A DNA stretch of 64,000 nucleotides from Octopus sinensis. Its lineage: Eukaryota. The notes under the pieces were generated by a model that was not told the DNA's origin, made no database searches, and saw only the letters and a program-made list of their open reading frames with translations. This document shows, one piece after another, positions 50,466 to 64,000 of this stretch. The stretch spans positions 65,658,001 to 65,722,000 of the forward strand of contig NC_043001.1 in NCBI RefSeq assembly GCF_006345805.1, read 5' to 3'. The position numbers and the translations under genes were made by a program. Each line of letters begins with the position of its first letter. Positions within the stretch are counted from its first letter, which is position 1.

Positions 50466-52787
50466 ACCTGTTTCATTCTGCCACGCCTTCCTGTTCCTCC
50501 TTGCGATCCGTCTTTACGTGCCCATTCAGGCGTCTGCATACACTGTAATGTTGTTTCCATGTGTGTGCGTCATTCCATTGTTCTCTTTTGATTTTACTTA
50601 TTTTCTCCTGTTGATCATGTTCCACGAAACAGCAGATATTTATTGCTCCTAAATGTCTCCCTCCCAGTATCCAAGCACCTTGTCGGTACTTGATGTGATG
50701 GTCTGCTAGAACGAACTCCCTGACCACCAGAACTTTTCTTGCAGGCTTTAAAACACCGACAGTATAGATGTCAATATTCAAAAGTTATCCCTATTTAAAA
50801 GTTCGAAAAATTATAATCTTATTAACCAACATATTAACAACATATTTAATATCTTTTAGCCCTATGTCTATTCTGACAGAAAAAAAACATATGCTGAAAG
50901 GCTTGACAGCCACTCTTATTCTGTATTTTTCATAACACAGTCTACCTAGGATCACATTATCTGTTATTTCCATCCTTTCTAAGACAGCAGGGCGGGATTT
51001 GAGAGATATTTGACTGCTATTTCTGATAGGTGAGTGAGCGTGTAGATTCTCCACAAGTGCATCATATATTTACAGATTTAAATAATACGCATTTCTATTT
51101 CACAAGTAAGGAATATTTATTTTGAGAAAACTAAACCGTTCAATTGGTCTGTGTGTCGTGTATCGCTCAAATAATTATCCTTTAAAGGCATATTTTCATT
51201 GTTCTTGCTTCAGTTTGGCTTTAGTTCAATAGGCTGTGTACGAATTGACACAATTCCATGTCTACGACTCTCTGATGTAGAGGACATGAAGAGAAAACGT
51301 GAATTATATGAAGGGAAGCAGTAATTATTTGATGTGAGTTAAATATAATCATGAATTATTAAAAGGTTAATACAAACGAAATATTAAAGTCCCAAGAGAA
51401 GGAAGACACTTATATGTTAAATAAACTGTCATCAATATCAGCACCAGTGTTGTCGTTAAACGAGCGGATTCGTGTTTTTTTTTCTTATTATTTTCAGTTT
51501 AACATTAAGGTGTGTACCCAACCAAATGTCACATCGTAAATTATCACACTATGCAAGTTTTCTGAGAAACTGTTCAACTGTATGCCCCGAAACTGTAATA
51601 TAATGAGAAAATTAACTTAATCATGATTGCGAATGGAAACTTCTACTTAGCGGAGGGAGAACAATTTTAAATATATAACTTTATAGGAGGAAGCTGCTTT
51701 TGAAAAATTGCCCGCGTATATATATATGTGGTGTGTATTATATACAACTACGTACGCATATATTCATATTTATAAGATATATCTGTGTATATGTATGTAT
51801 ATTATACATTTTATGTAATGTGTGTGTTTGTGTGCGTGTGTGCGTTTGTGTGTGTTTGTGTCCGTGTGTGTGTGTGTGTTTGCGCATACGTAATGTGTCC
51901 CTGATTTAAAAATCTGAATTTTAAGTGGCAATGAAGTCGGTGAAGAAAATTTTCTCTTACACTAAGATTCTTATTAATAAATATTATTCTTATTATAAGA
52001 ATATTATTTATTAATGCTTGACCACTTGATTACAGTTGTAATTTATAGCACATTTAGCACTTTTACATGGAGCAGCAACTCCTTGAAATAAGTAGATATA
52101 CAGCATATTTTCACTAATATATTAAAAACAGTGAAAGCTAATAGATTACTGATGAAGGAGAATTCCCAGAGAAAATGGAAACTGCTTTTATCAATTCGAA
52201 AACCTGGATGAACTTAAAACTGCTGTTCACACACCGAAAGAATTGAGAGAAATGTGTTCATCGTTGAAAGAACGTATGAAGAAATGTGGTGGCTATTATT
52301 CCCCAAATGCTTAAAAAAATTTCAGTTGTTCTTTTGATCTGATCCAACATTCTACATCTGATGCCAAGGATTTTCGAGGACGTTTTTAAACGTTATCACT
52401 CCAAGTCGTGCCAGCATTCCTCAACTTAACCAAAGCATTCCTGCGGAAAATTACCCGTCATCAATCTAGTCCAATCTCATCTAAATCCTACTAATATCAA
52501 CGTCAGGAACCAAGTCCCAGGTTAGGCAGGATTTGAAAACTTTCGAAGACAGGTGACTCTCACTTCCAAGATTCCCATTGATTCTTCTGGACATGAAAGC
52601 CAATGCCTAAGAGCAGCAGGTTCTTTTCTGATAATAGCAGTCATATTTTATGGTGAATGGCATTACAAACTTAACAGTGAGCAGTGGAGCTGACAGAAGA
52701 CACTTGCCAAAATTACACTGATGACATATTGTCTGTAATAAATTTGAATTGTGAAAATTCTGAGATTTGCGAAAGAGAAAGAAAGTA

Positions 52788-52988
52788 CTTTTCTACTCTT
52801 GGCACAAGGCCCGAAATTTGGGGGAAGGGACCAGTCGATTGGATCGACCCCAGTACGCAACTGATACTTAATTTATCGATCCCGAAAGGATGAAAGGCAA
52901 AGTCGACCTCGGCGGAATTTGAACTCAGAACGAAATACTGCTAAGCATTTTGCCCAGCGTTCTAACGTTTCTGCCAGCTCGCCGCCTT
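52788..52988 (-). mobile_element. Full-length SINE family 2 copy
   Basis: Well-preserved head, B box, central domain and 3' end. GAGAAAGAAA-like sequence on both flanks. Confidence 0.9.
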
Positions 52989-55479
52989 AGAGAAAGAAAT
53001 TACTGAAAGAAACATAGAAACTTTTCTCGGCATTTGCAATTAAATTATTGTCTTTTAGTAGTAATAACTAAGACTGTTCAAAGCAACACACGGGTATGTT
53101 ACAATGTCATTGAAATTCCCCTTTTGGCACGCTGTGTACAAATATTTGTCATTATAATCTTTCGGTTGATTATTTGTATGGATCTTCATATAGCAATGGA
53201 ATCGGCACTCTGCACTGAGGTAGACCGTTTCGTGTGCGTTTCTTATTATTGAACTTCAAAAAGAAGTGTCTACTTGCTACCATAATACTAATGAGCCATG
53301 TGAGATCTATGCCATTTGTTAGATGCTATATCTATTTTAACAATAAGCGGTGATTAAGCGTAAGTTGAGACCCAGGGTAATCAGCAACATTAACAAAAGA
53401 AAAAAAATTGCTCCTTTTTTTATTTCGTTCAAAACCATCCACTACATCTTGGGTGAGATTAAACAGTTGGATTGTAATCGAATCTTCAGCGTGGAATCCA
53501 GTTTATTGTTGTTGCTGCTACGGCTGTTGTTGTTGATGATGATGACGATGATGATTATGACCTGCCCTAAGTCAATCTGTTAAAGCAAACCTATAATCGA
53601 AAGTATTCCAGCCATCATCATCCTGTCTTTTTAAGACAATTAGATCCTTAGACTTCAGTCCTTCCATTTTTTAAGTGTTAAGCTGTGATTTAAAGAAGAA
53701 TTTGTTTATTATTCAAAGCAAGTGGATCCTTCGCTGTGGTTATATGGTGGATCCTTCACTGTGTGACATAGATATGCTTTTAAGTGTAACAAAGACGAGA
53801 AATCTGTCGAAAGTTCATTACTTTTACTGGGCATTAGTGTAGTTTCAGATAACAGACAGCTGTGCTTCCTTCACAATTCAAGACAGCTGTTAAAGAATTT
53901 GAAAAGTCACATTTTTGCAGATCTAAAATAGTTTAGCGCCTCCGTGAAGATTTTCTTAAAACCTATTGATTTTCTATTTTTAGATTAATGTTACCAGTTT
54001 CAAGATCTTCGCATACAGAATTTTTATGCATAGTTTTAGACTCTGTTACAGATTTCCAGGATTGACGCTGAATTGAGAGGTAATCCACACGGTATTCCCC
54101 AAGATTTATTCTTAGAAAACGAATTAATCTCAAACATTAGTTAATATAGTTGTTTTTATAAAACTCAGAGATTTCCGTTGTAAATCCACAATTGGTAACC
54201 TAGCTCTACAAGTTTGTCACCTTCTTGTGCTTTAGATTCAAATATTTCAGGATTTGCCATTTTAAAATTGACTCGGTGTCGAAGAGTAACCCTTAATGGG
54301 GCGATAATTTGATCAACCCTAATACCAAATAGTGGGGAGTTTCGTTTAAAGAACTGGGTTCAAAATTAGTCCCTCAAATATGAGATCTTGATAGCTAGCA
54401 AACACTTAGTCGGAGTAGAGTCTACGTTACCTGTTTAGTATTAACTGAGGTTGATTTGTACCCAAGAATTAACTTTCCTATTTTTGTTAGCAATTTGTTA
54501 ACTTTATTGAATATCATCTTTATCAATATTTCTAATGATGATTTGGAGTTTTGGTGAGTTTACAAGTGCTGCCTCACAAGTGAGAAAGAGTGTACTGGAA
54601 AATGTATAAATTGATCTTATTACGTTTTCTGCTATTTGTTGTAAACTTTTTCAGTTTTTCAATGTAATTATTCTCAGTTTCAAAGATAACGATTCCATAT
54701 CCTAAACAATAAAATTCCATATTTAATTGTCTTAACAATAAGTGCTATCATCCAGTGGCATATAAGCCCAATGTATCACCTTGCCCTTTATGTGAAACAC
54801 ACACAGACCTAACGATGGTCTGGTGGGAAATGAAAGCAGTGCAATAAGGAAGAATACGAATAAAAACAAAAATGTCTCTGTCTCACCAATATATGGAAGT
54901 AGAAGTAATGACAAGTTTATATATTTATTTTTATCTAATATAATGTACTATACTCGGTATGGTAGATTTAAACTAATTTCATAAGAGAATTTCTTATTTA
55001 GCAAAGTGGACAGTGGCACTTAACTTGGGTAGAACAACCTTGGAAGCATAGTGAGTTTACAAGCGGGGGCATATGTCAGGGTCATTACGGGGTGGGGGCT
55101 GAGTGTTTAGAGGATCGTATTTTTTCTTAGAAATAAAATACTTAAACCATTTACAAATTTGACATAGGAGGCACTAGTTCATGTAAATATCTAATAGTAG
55201 GTAAATACCGGACGGTATGATAAAGCACCGTACAAAATTAACTCTTATTTGGATAAAATAATCTGCTTCTGTTTTTTTAACTTGTACAAAACATTGGAAG
55301 GGTTCATTTGTAAAACGGTGAAAGGATGTGCTAAGTTACATAAGAATGAAAATCAATGCATTATAGGTAGAAAGAAGGGAGTAGTGGCATGCTTAATTAT
55401 TTTTAATTGATTTAGATAGCGATACAATTTGCTTTTAAAACATGCAGTGATTGTTTTCTCATTAATAGATTCTGATTCT

Positions 55480-56130
55480 CCATCATTGCTGATGGAATCA
55501 ATAAATATGTTTTAAAGTACTTGTCGGTCTGATTGCTACGTTTGAAAGGAAGTTCTCATGGAACATGTCAGCCTTCATTACACTTGAAAAGGAAATTACA
55601 ACGATTGTTTCTGATCTCCCAAAACAAACAGTCAAAGAAGATGGTCTTTCTCTGATCCTCTATTTATTTTGGCACTTTCAGTTATTCCTTTTATAAACCC
55701 AAATCTGCACTGGGAATATCAACAGCTTGGTACACAGCTGGACCTAATAAGTAAATTTGTAATTGATACAAAGATGGAATTTGGCCAAGAAAAATTATTC
55801 ACCTTATGATAGAATGTGGAAAATAGCTTTCTAAAAGCAGAAAGCATCCACATCAAAGGATTTCTGTTTTCCCTACTCCAGTCAATGAATTCTATAGATA
55901 CAGCGTTTGAGAGTTAACGTGCTATGATACTTTCAACATAGACAGAGTGACCAAATATTCTTTCTTCAGATTGAAAAAAATTACGTAACACATTGCAGGA
56001 CAAAGGGCATATTTTATTCTCTATAAAGTATATATTTAGCCTGCACTCAAACGATTTTTGGATTATACATTTAAAAAGCGAGCATGCCTGATGCCTGTCT
56101 AATGGTGGATCACTTATGCGACCTCATCCA
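55480..56130 (+). mobile_element. Highly decayed R4/Dong-like RT fragment
   Basis: Traces of QGD.LSP.LFILALS, MEFGQEK, Y.Y and RV....FRLKKI in the expected order. Confidence 0.45.
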
Positions 56131-58419
56131 GCTTCTGTATAGACAGGAAGAAGCATGCTCACTATCACCTTCTTTAAGTCTATCCAATCAGATTTCACGA
56201 ACAAAAACAAAAACAATAAGACAAAAATACTTAACATGCATACAAAATAATTCATTTTATAGTGTAAGAAAGAAATTGAGGAGTTTGGGACTGTGATTCT
56301 CGAGAGAGGAATTATAGGAGACCCCACCCACCCAAAATGGAACGAATTAGTGTAAATGCGTGCGTGTAATGTGTATTGCTGTGTAGTGGTGTGATGAGAT
56401 GTAACAGTGTGCATACGCGCGCGCGTGTATGTGTGGGGATGTGTATGTAGCATAATCGGTGAATATAGCCATTGTTATAACATGAAACACAACCGATTAT
56501 TCATACCCGTGTATTGTAAAGATAGTGGGTGGGAAGCGAATCATTGGTGTTGGCGATGATTCTTGAAGGCAATTGATCCATCATGTAGAATAGCACCACA
56601 GACAGGGAAATGATGGCGGCTAAGTTCAGAGGAATTGAAATAATGTTTCGCAGAATAAATTGGTCCAATGTTACGTTGGACGTTTAAAAGATCTCTAAAT
56701 CGCCCTGTTAATTTCCGAATTCGTGTAGATCCATGTAAATATCTGTATTAAAATAGTTAGAAGTACACAAACCTTGATAACCCTGTACGGGCCAGGCTAT
56801 CTAATTCAATATCGATACCTGTTTAATGGGTATTTAACGTAAATGTCTACAGAATCCAAACAAAGAATTCGTTAGAACATTGTCAAGTATTGTTTGTAGA
56901 AATCTTTCCAGATAGAATTTGAAAATAGCTTTTGTTCTCTGATGTCTTGTGGAATTGTGTTGAACAAAGGGGGCCAGTCAAAATGAAAGTATTTTTGCCT
57001 AAGAACTGAACTACTTTGGTGATGCTAATATCTAATTCTAACACCCAGTGAATATTGACAAGAATAATAGCTTTGGAATGTATCAATTCTAAATCTAGAT
57101 TCAAATACGTCATTGTAAACCTTGCTGGATTTATTTATGAAATTGTTTAAACAATATTTGGGAAGTTTACTCAGTAGAAAATATTGTTAAGTATTTTCTA
57201 AAGTTTAGATTTTGATTTGACACATTTGTTTCCATCTAAAATTCAATGAAAAAGTTCTCTGTTTTAGTTAGGAACCAGCTGGTTCTTCATTGTCGGAACT
57301 TAAAGAAGAATAAATAAAAGATGAGACATATAAATATATACATAACAAAACGGTTTGATAGCATAATCTGGCTTCACAAAACAATAATAAAAAATGGTCT
57401 GTTGTGGAAGTCAGCTGTTACAATGACGTCAATATTACAAAAGAACGAAAGTATCTGAACTAGAAGACTGTTACTATTACATTACCTATAACGGAAATTC
57501 ATGAGCTTTCGAATCTGTCGACTTCTTCACGAACTGAGAGAGCCCTCATCAATTCCCAATCATACATACAATAAAAAATGTAATCTCAGAGTTCATTGAA
57601 ATCAAAAGAGGGTTTACGCGAACTGTACATTCATAAAAATAAATTTATTAACAATGATAACCTATTTTTAAATAATAAAAATGATGTGCAGTATTTGAAA
57701 AGTCATGAGATAATATGAAATAACGTATTTGTTCCAGCGATAAAGTACATGAACATTTCAAATGTTAGCATCAACCATTTCAAAAAATCAAAAGAGGGTA
57801 ATTCTCATTACAGTATGACTGGCAATGTGTGAAATTGATGACAGTGTAAACGTTATCTCATTATTTTCTAACAATGTCAAACGTTTATCACTCGAATGTC
57901 ACATAGCAAAAAGCTTGCGGTTAGATTTACTTCATATAACACCAAGATTGCCAAATATACTTAATCTTTCATTTAGAACACCGCTATCTTTAAATAATAC
58001 TTCTTTTAAAAATTATTTTGTACTTAAATATTGTCTGAACAGTAATTAAACATTGGCGATTAAAAGTGTGACCTGAATATTAGAGGTGGGGATATAACTT
58101 TCATATAACATTGCCAGATTTACAATTTATTAAACAAAAAAGAAAAAAACGCAGTGGAAAAATAAAAATAAAATAAGAAATAATAAAATGTGTTTTGATT
58201 CAAGAGATTTACATTCTTCTGGAATGCACTTTAACATATAATTCAGTTACATAAAACAGGACATTTTTATACTTTCAGATAACTACATAGTGATGGATTC
58301 ACAATATTTCTTAACTCAATGGTGTCTTTGTACAGCTTCAGTTAATTAGCTAATGATGCATCCACAGCATTAATTAACTCTAGAGTATTCTCATACAGCT
58401 GCCGTTCATTACTTAGTCA

Positions 58420-58745
58420 TAAGTCCATATTATTAATGAAAGATCAGTTATGAGTTTTCTTAACCTTATTGAGAGAAATACCTGGGTAGCACTCATAGGA
58501 ATTGTGGGAAATTTTTGAGGCAACAACAAACCCGAAAACTATGAGGATCTAGGAAATAAGATACTTTTTCTCCTTCAAGAAGCTGGTATGTAATATGAGT
58601 ATTAAAGTGAATTTCTTCCACATCTATCTGGACGGTTTCCCTGTCAATTTAGAGGAAGTTCATGAAGATCAAGGGGAGGATTTTCACTAAAACTATTGAA
58701 AAAAGATACTAGGATTTTTGCTGTTTAGTATGATGGCAAGTTATA
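58420..58745 (+). mobile_element. Decayed DDE transposase fragment (Chapaev3/CMC-like); probable terminal region at ~60320-60460
   Basis: NMSIKVNFFHIYLDGFPVNLEEVHEDQGEDFH matches the recalled motif MSLKIHFLHSHLDFFPENLG.VSDEQGERFH. Family name is from memory. Confidence 0.6.
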
Positions 58746-58754
58746 CTTACGTCT

Positions 58755-59068
58755 TGCACTCTGTCGGTTACGACGATGAGGGTTCCAGTTGATCTGACCA
58801 ACGGAACAGCCTGGTCGTGAAATTAACATGTAAGTGGCTGAGCACTCCACAGACACGCATACACTTAACGTAGTTCTCAGGGAGATTCAGCGTGACACAG
58901 AATATGAAAGGCTGGTCGTTTGAAATACAGATACCATTCACTTTTGCAAGTGGAGTGGACTGGAACAACGTGAAATAAAGTGTCTTACTCAAGGATACAA
59001 CGCGCTGCTGGGTATCGAACTCACAGTCTTATGATTGTCAGCCGAAAACCCTAACAACTAAGTTACGA
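58755..59068 (-). mobile_element. tRNA-derived SINE sharing head and tail with family 3 but with a CORE-like middle
   Basis: 58755-58932 is the reverse complement of ~11410-11586; B box GAGTTCGATACCC; middle GTATCCTTGAGTAAGACACTT. Confidence 0.85.
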
Positions 59069-60023
59069 CAAATTATTATTGGTGCCTAATTAAAGAGCAA
59101 AATGGATATCATGTTGGAGAATACAAGAAAAGAAAGCTACTTCCTTAACCTTATTACCCACAGACTATTGTTACACTCTTCCACAAAGAAGGGATCATAC
59201 TGCTTCTATCACCATCAACATTAATTTGATCGGAAATTGGTATCAACTTAAAATTTCACATGGTGGTAGGCAAATGCAAGTACTTTTAGTTTTTGTATTG
59301 AATTGGCTTCTATGATGTTATAAATCTTGCTGAAAATACCAAATCCGAAAATACCAAATCTTGATTGTGAATTTGCTACCTTGTCTATGTGAAGAATGTT
59401 GCATGGCACTTGAAAAATGTATCATAAGTTTATATACAGTATTTACAGTCTTCCCATATTGGCAACAGTGGCAAATGAAATGAAAGCTGACTATATTCGT
59501 ATGGAACATTATTAGACTTCCACGAATATACTTAAAAACAATCGGGTGATGCAGTACTCTAGTGTTGACCTTTAGTATCACACCAGCAAAAAGAAATTGT
59601 ACATGAAACAACAGGCATCATACACATATATGCAATTTCCATACCATAAAATAAAATTTGAGACTGTTGGGATATGAAACAAATTTAAAGAACGCGTGCA
59701 TAAACATAGAAAATCTTCAAAAACGTGCCCAATGTGTTGAAAGTGAATGTTACAAACCTTCAACATCACAACATTCGCCGTTTTGAACCGATCTGGTTTT
59801 TACTCTATATCCTCATACATTGAATTAAAACTAAATGGGTTGAATTTTGTTGACTATTTTGATGCTTTTTCCAAAGCTAAAGTACTGCTTGCTAATTGTT
59901 ACATGCGATTTCAGTAATGTCTGATAGATGAACTGTTTTTGTGGCTGCATAGTGCAAGACCACTCTAGTTGTGTGACAACATATGCCAATATTTTATAAG
60001 TTTTACGAAATATATCATAAACA

Positions 60024-60190
60024 TGGCTGTCTAGTAAGAAGCTTGCTTCCCAATCACATAGTTCCGGATTCAGGTGCACTGCGTGGCACCTTGGGCAAGT
60101 GTTAGGCTTAAAAAGTAAGTACTGGGGTCAATTCATTCGATTAAAAATTCAAGGCGGTGTCCCAGCATAGCTGCAGATAAAAGATAAAGA
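60024..60190 (+). mobile_element. Internally deleted SINE family 1 copy
   Basis: Head and CORE-like segment joined directly to the tail (AAGTACTGGGGTCAATT...AAGGCGGTGTCCCAGCAT). Confidence 0.75.
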
Positions 60191-61273
60191 TTAACTAATA
60201 TATCACCTAAATATAGGTGAAAAAATATTAGCTCTTCTCATAAAACCATTAAAATAATTTGCTATTACATCATGTGACCGAAACTTCTGCCCAACAAATA
60301 TGTTACATGCAGTATTCTGTTAAAGTTTGAAAATTCGTATTCGAAAAAATCTAGATGTGATACACAAAATCCGAGAACGGATTTAGAATCAGTGACCGAA
60401 AATCTATACAAGAGAGACACCTATTATGAAAAACAAAATTGCATTTTTCTTTTCAAAATTCAACCCTATGCTATCAATCATATATCTACTGTCTTATTGC
60501 TGCTCCATGCAAAATATTATACAATTCTTCTAATACACTTAAAGGTTGTATTTGCTGGGAACGTGGAAGTGCCTAACGTGAAAAGAATCCTAGAATTGCA
60601 GTTAAGGAATAACATCAATGTTAGAATCATTTATTTATCATAAATATTCATTGTAAATTCTTTATTCTTTATTAAATATATTTTTTGTTTATCATCATTA
60701 ATTGTTGCTTTTATTGTAATCATAGTAATGATAATTGTTTTTGGATTGCTTCTCTCTAAAATTAAAAATATTCTATAAACACTTATAAATACTATAACCA
60801 ATGTTGGTCCCCTCCATTTCATGTAATATCATTTCTCCATCCAATACCAATATACTGATCTCTTCCATGCAAAAGAACTGAAACTGGCGGGAGTCTGTTT
60901 TCTTATTTTCTCAGTATGTTTATTTAGCTGTAAATACACGACTAACAGCAAGGAGGACACTATGTGTTAAGTAATAAGTAAAAATCGAAGGAGCACCTGT
61001 GTTAATGAGCTAAACAGAAAGTTTTTCAAAACATAATGAAAATACAGACGATGTTATAAAAACACATCATTTACTGTTATAACGAACACTTCATTTTTTT
61101 ACGGCCCTTTCAGAAATATACGTTTGACGTTGTATGTTAAAAAAAATGATGTTTTCATTACTGAGGTTTTTAAGTTGATAGACAAGCACATATCTACACT
61201 AAATTTAAGTCACTTATCATACTATTTTCAAACGCTTAAATAGTTGGAGGTGGTGGCACAGTTGTGGTGATTG

Positions 61274-61309
<36 letters not shown>

Positions 61310-61538
61310 GGAATAGAATGAGAATAACATTACCAAAATGTACCAGAAACAAGCAGTAACAACATCAGCAGTAGTAGTCGTAGTAAATTAGTTGTAGTAA
61401 ATTTGCTACTAGTTGTTAGTTCATTGATCTTTAAAGTAATGTTTATATTCTGGAAATCTGAAAATATTCCTCTGATCTTTTTCTGTGGAGATGAAACCCG
61501 AGTGTTTTCGTACAATGTAAATATTGTTAAAAGACTTC

Positions 61539-61729
61539 TTGTTGTTGTTGTTGTTGTTGTTGTTCTTCTTCTTCTTCTTCTTCTTCTTCTTCTTCTTCTT
61601 CTTCTTCTTCTTCTTCTTCTTCTTCTTCTTCTTCTTCTTCTTCTTCTTCTTCTTCTTCTTCTTCTTCTTCTCTTCTTCTTCTTCTTCTTCTTCTTCTTCT
61701 TCTTCTTCTTCTTCTTCTTCTTCTTCTTC
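61539..61729. repeat. (GTT)n-(CTT)n microsatellite
   Basis: Seen directly in the sequence. Confidence 0.97.
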
Positions 61730-62334
61730 CCATTTCTGTCATCATTGCTGTTGATTTTATCCAGAACAGAGTATGAAATACTATAAAATTGTTCAAAACT
61801 TCAGAAGTCAACTCGGTGACATTGTGTGTAAATACAAAAGAGAAGGCTAAGTGTTTAAAAATACATCTCGTTCATGAATGGATTGAATGTCAGACCAAGG
61901 TTTACTGAAGAATAAAACAAGAAGTGATAGTTAACTATTTATTATTAGAATGAAAGCAGTAAGAAATTAATTATCATGAATCTCAGTTGAAACAAGATTC
62001 CACATTAAAAACTGCCAACAAATTGAACGGAAATATTAAAATAATGAAATAGCTGATGAATTTCCCTCGAATTAAATCTCTGCCATCAAAACAAGGAAGG
62101 CTACATTAGGTGATGTAGTCCCAGATATTTTTTGATACGAGTGGATGGGCGTGACTACAATGCTTTCATTTTGTGATTGCTCAATCAAAATTGAATTGAG
62201 ATTAAAAAACAATTCCTTTAGATAAGTGAAAATATGTAATGTAAAAAATATAATAACACAGCTTCATCTACTCAATCTATCGTTGAATTATTGATTGACA
62301 TTATCGATAGTGTTAAAATTATTGATTAATTCGA

Positions 62335-62737
62335 AAGGCAGTGGATAGCAAAATCAGTAGAGTGTTGGACCAAATACCTTAAACTGTTTAGTTAAATCTC
62401 AACGGTGTCAAATTTATCTTTCATCCAATAAGGAATGATACTAATTAACTGACTGGGTCGATATAATGGAGAGTTTCCATCCTTTAAAATGTTCTGCATT
62501 CGCCTATATTAGAAATCCTAATTACAAATTTCAGGGCAGTGGATTTGCAGAATCGTTAGCGCTTCGGATAAAATACATTGCGATATTTATAACGGCTCTT
62601 TCCGTTCTGAGTTCAAATCCTTCCACAGTCAATATTTTCTTTCATTCTTCTGAGGCCAGGAACCAGTCAAGTACTGGAGGCGATTTAATCAAACTCTTCT
62701 CCCAAATTTGTGCTCTTTTGCGTATTATAGAGACTAT
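62335..62737 (+). mobile_element. Two decayed tandem SINE family 2 copies
   Basis: Heads AAGGCAGTGGATAGCAAAATC and AGGGCAGTGGATTTGCAGAATCGTTAGC; GAGTTCAAATCC; tails ...TATATTAGAAA and ...TATTATAGAGA. Confidence 0.6.
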
Positions 62738-62876
62738 CATGGCCACTTGAATAATTTATTAACTCTAGTAGAACAGTAGAATCCCAGAAAACTAGTGATA
62801 TTGGTAGACGTGGGACCAATCCTAACGCCTAAGTAAACTGCTGCTGAAAACCGCATACATCTACTTAGTATCGACT

Positions 62877-64000
62877 AGCACGCACCTTTTCCAATCCACA
62901 AAAGCTCGAATTGTTGCGTCTCCGCCGCCCGGGCCCGTTGAACAGCTTTTGCTCCTTCATGCTTTAGAGCATGCTCGCTAGCTCTGACAACGCAGTCTTC
63001 GTGCTTGGCGTTGAAGAATTGGTTCAAGGTCAACCTCGCTCCAAGCACGTCAGTCGCAAAGCTTTTGCTAAGTGTCTCTTCAAGGCTACTAACTAGTTCA
63101 CTCTCTACTCTAGCATTATCTATCACCATTTCCTTACCAAATCATATATATTCTAGCCTAATGGCTCTTTTCAGAGTTAACCACTATCAATTGTTGATGA
63201 CTGCCTCCATCAATTCTCTCTTCACTAGTTCTTTAATCTGGTCCCTGTAAACCTGGCGCGCCGGGAAAGATGCGTCCAGTTTCCAGTAACCGCCTCCCTA
63301 TCTATGCAGCATATCTAGTCCTACTGTACTGATCACAAATTTGTGGGCTCTTGAATTTTGGACAACGTGTGCTACCATGTCTACTGGTCTACAGAATATT
63401 CTGTCTAGTTACGATCTGCATAACCGAATGTTGTTTGCTCGTGGCTACATTGGTGCATAAGGGAAAGTCATTCGGTACTTTTTAGCCAGTAGGAAACAAG
63501 TGTGCAAGTTTACGAGGCTTTTTTACCCTGTCTCTCATCGGCTAGTCCCACACAACCCAGATGTGCATGCAAGACAGTATATCAGTTGACCACTAGCACT
63601 AAAAAGCAGGATGTTCCAAGGAAAACCTCCAAGCACTTAAAGAAATGCACCTGGAAATAAATCGAGGAGCACTAATCGACTAAGAATACCAACTTATCGT
63701 CCAGGTCCAGTTCGAAGCGTTTCCGGAACAACATCACTATCCTTTCCTCAGGCTGGGTGAAGTAGTGGATGCGAAAATCTCAAAATTGGCTAAAATTGGT
63801 GCTAAGGCGCGCGTATCGGAAATTCTGGTCTTCATGACGGGTATCAACATTCAAACTTAGTGACCTGAAGTTATCAAGCAGACGACCCTGCTTCCAGGTT
63901 GACCCCAGACCAAGTGCATTTATGATACTCCCTCTTTAGATTGCCATGTTGGTTGGAAAGAAGGGAAGAAAGAGAAGAGTTAATCTCCTTAATGTTTTTC
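62877..64000 (-). mobile_element. Tx1 copy F: decayed ORF2 endonuclease region (ATG ~63947), extending beyond the window
   Basis: LGSTWKQGRLL, GYWKLDAS, ATDVLGARLTLNQFFNAKHEDCVVRA are homologous to copy E. Confidence 0.85.

Noticed and set aside
51230-51325. Possible host exon (GCVRIDTIPCLRLSDVEDMKRKRELYEGKQ*)
   Set aside because: Plausible acceptor but no recognisable homology or partner exons.
52150-52400. Possible Tc1-like transposase C-terminus (NLDELKTAV..ERMKKCGGY)
   Set aside because: Too short, with no TIR pair or catalytic motifs.
53760-57500. Possible decayed Penelope RT remnants on the minus strand (~53.8-54.9 kb and ~56.5-57.5 kb)
   Set aside because: Only faint motif traces; needs a profile search to support.

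Overview
Eukaryotic, AT-rich, microsatellite-rich DNA made almost entirely of repeats. The SINE repertoire looks like that of a cephalopod (octopus); this is an inference from recalled families. No host gene could be supported. Main contents: (1) a ~30 kb nest (12.6-42.6 kb) built in (AAT)n microsatellite. It holds five head-to-tail, minus-strand Tx1/L1-clade LINEs, graded from heavily decayed (left) to fully intact (right), then a 2.7 kb (AAT)n tract. R4/Dong-type LINE pieces sit in the same microsatellite on the opposite strand. (2) Several small non-coding elements inserted in (TA)n tracts that carry type I hammerhead ribozymes. The clearest is a 353-bp tandem retrozyme-like repeat at 9715-10455 with two canonical hammerheads. 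(3) A full-length decayed mariner, two Helitron remnants, RTE and CR1/L2 fragments, and three tRNA-derived SINE families, one of which shares its 3' end with the Tx1 elements. Boundaries of decayed repeats are approximate and were read by eye.
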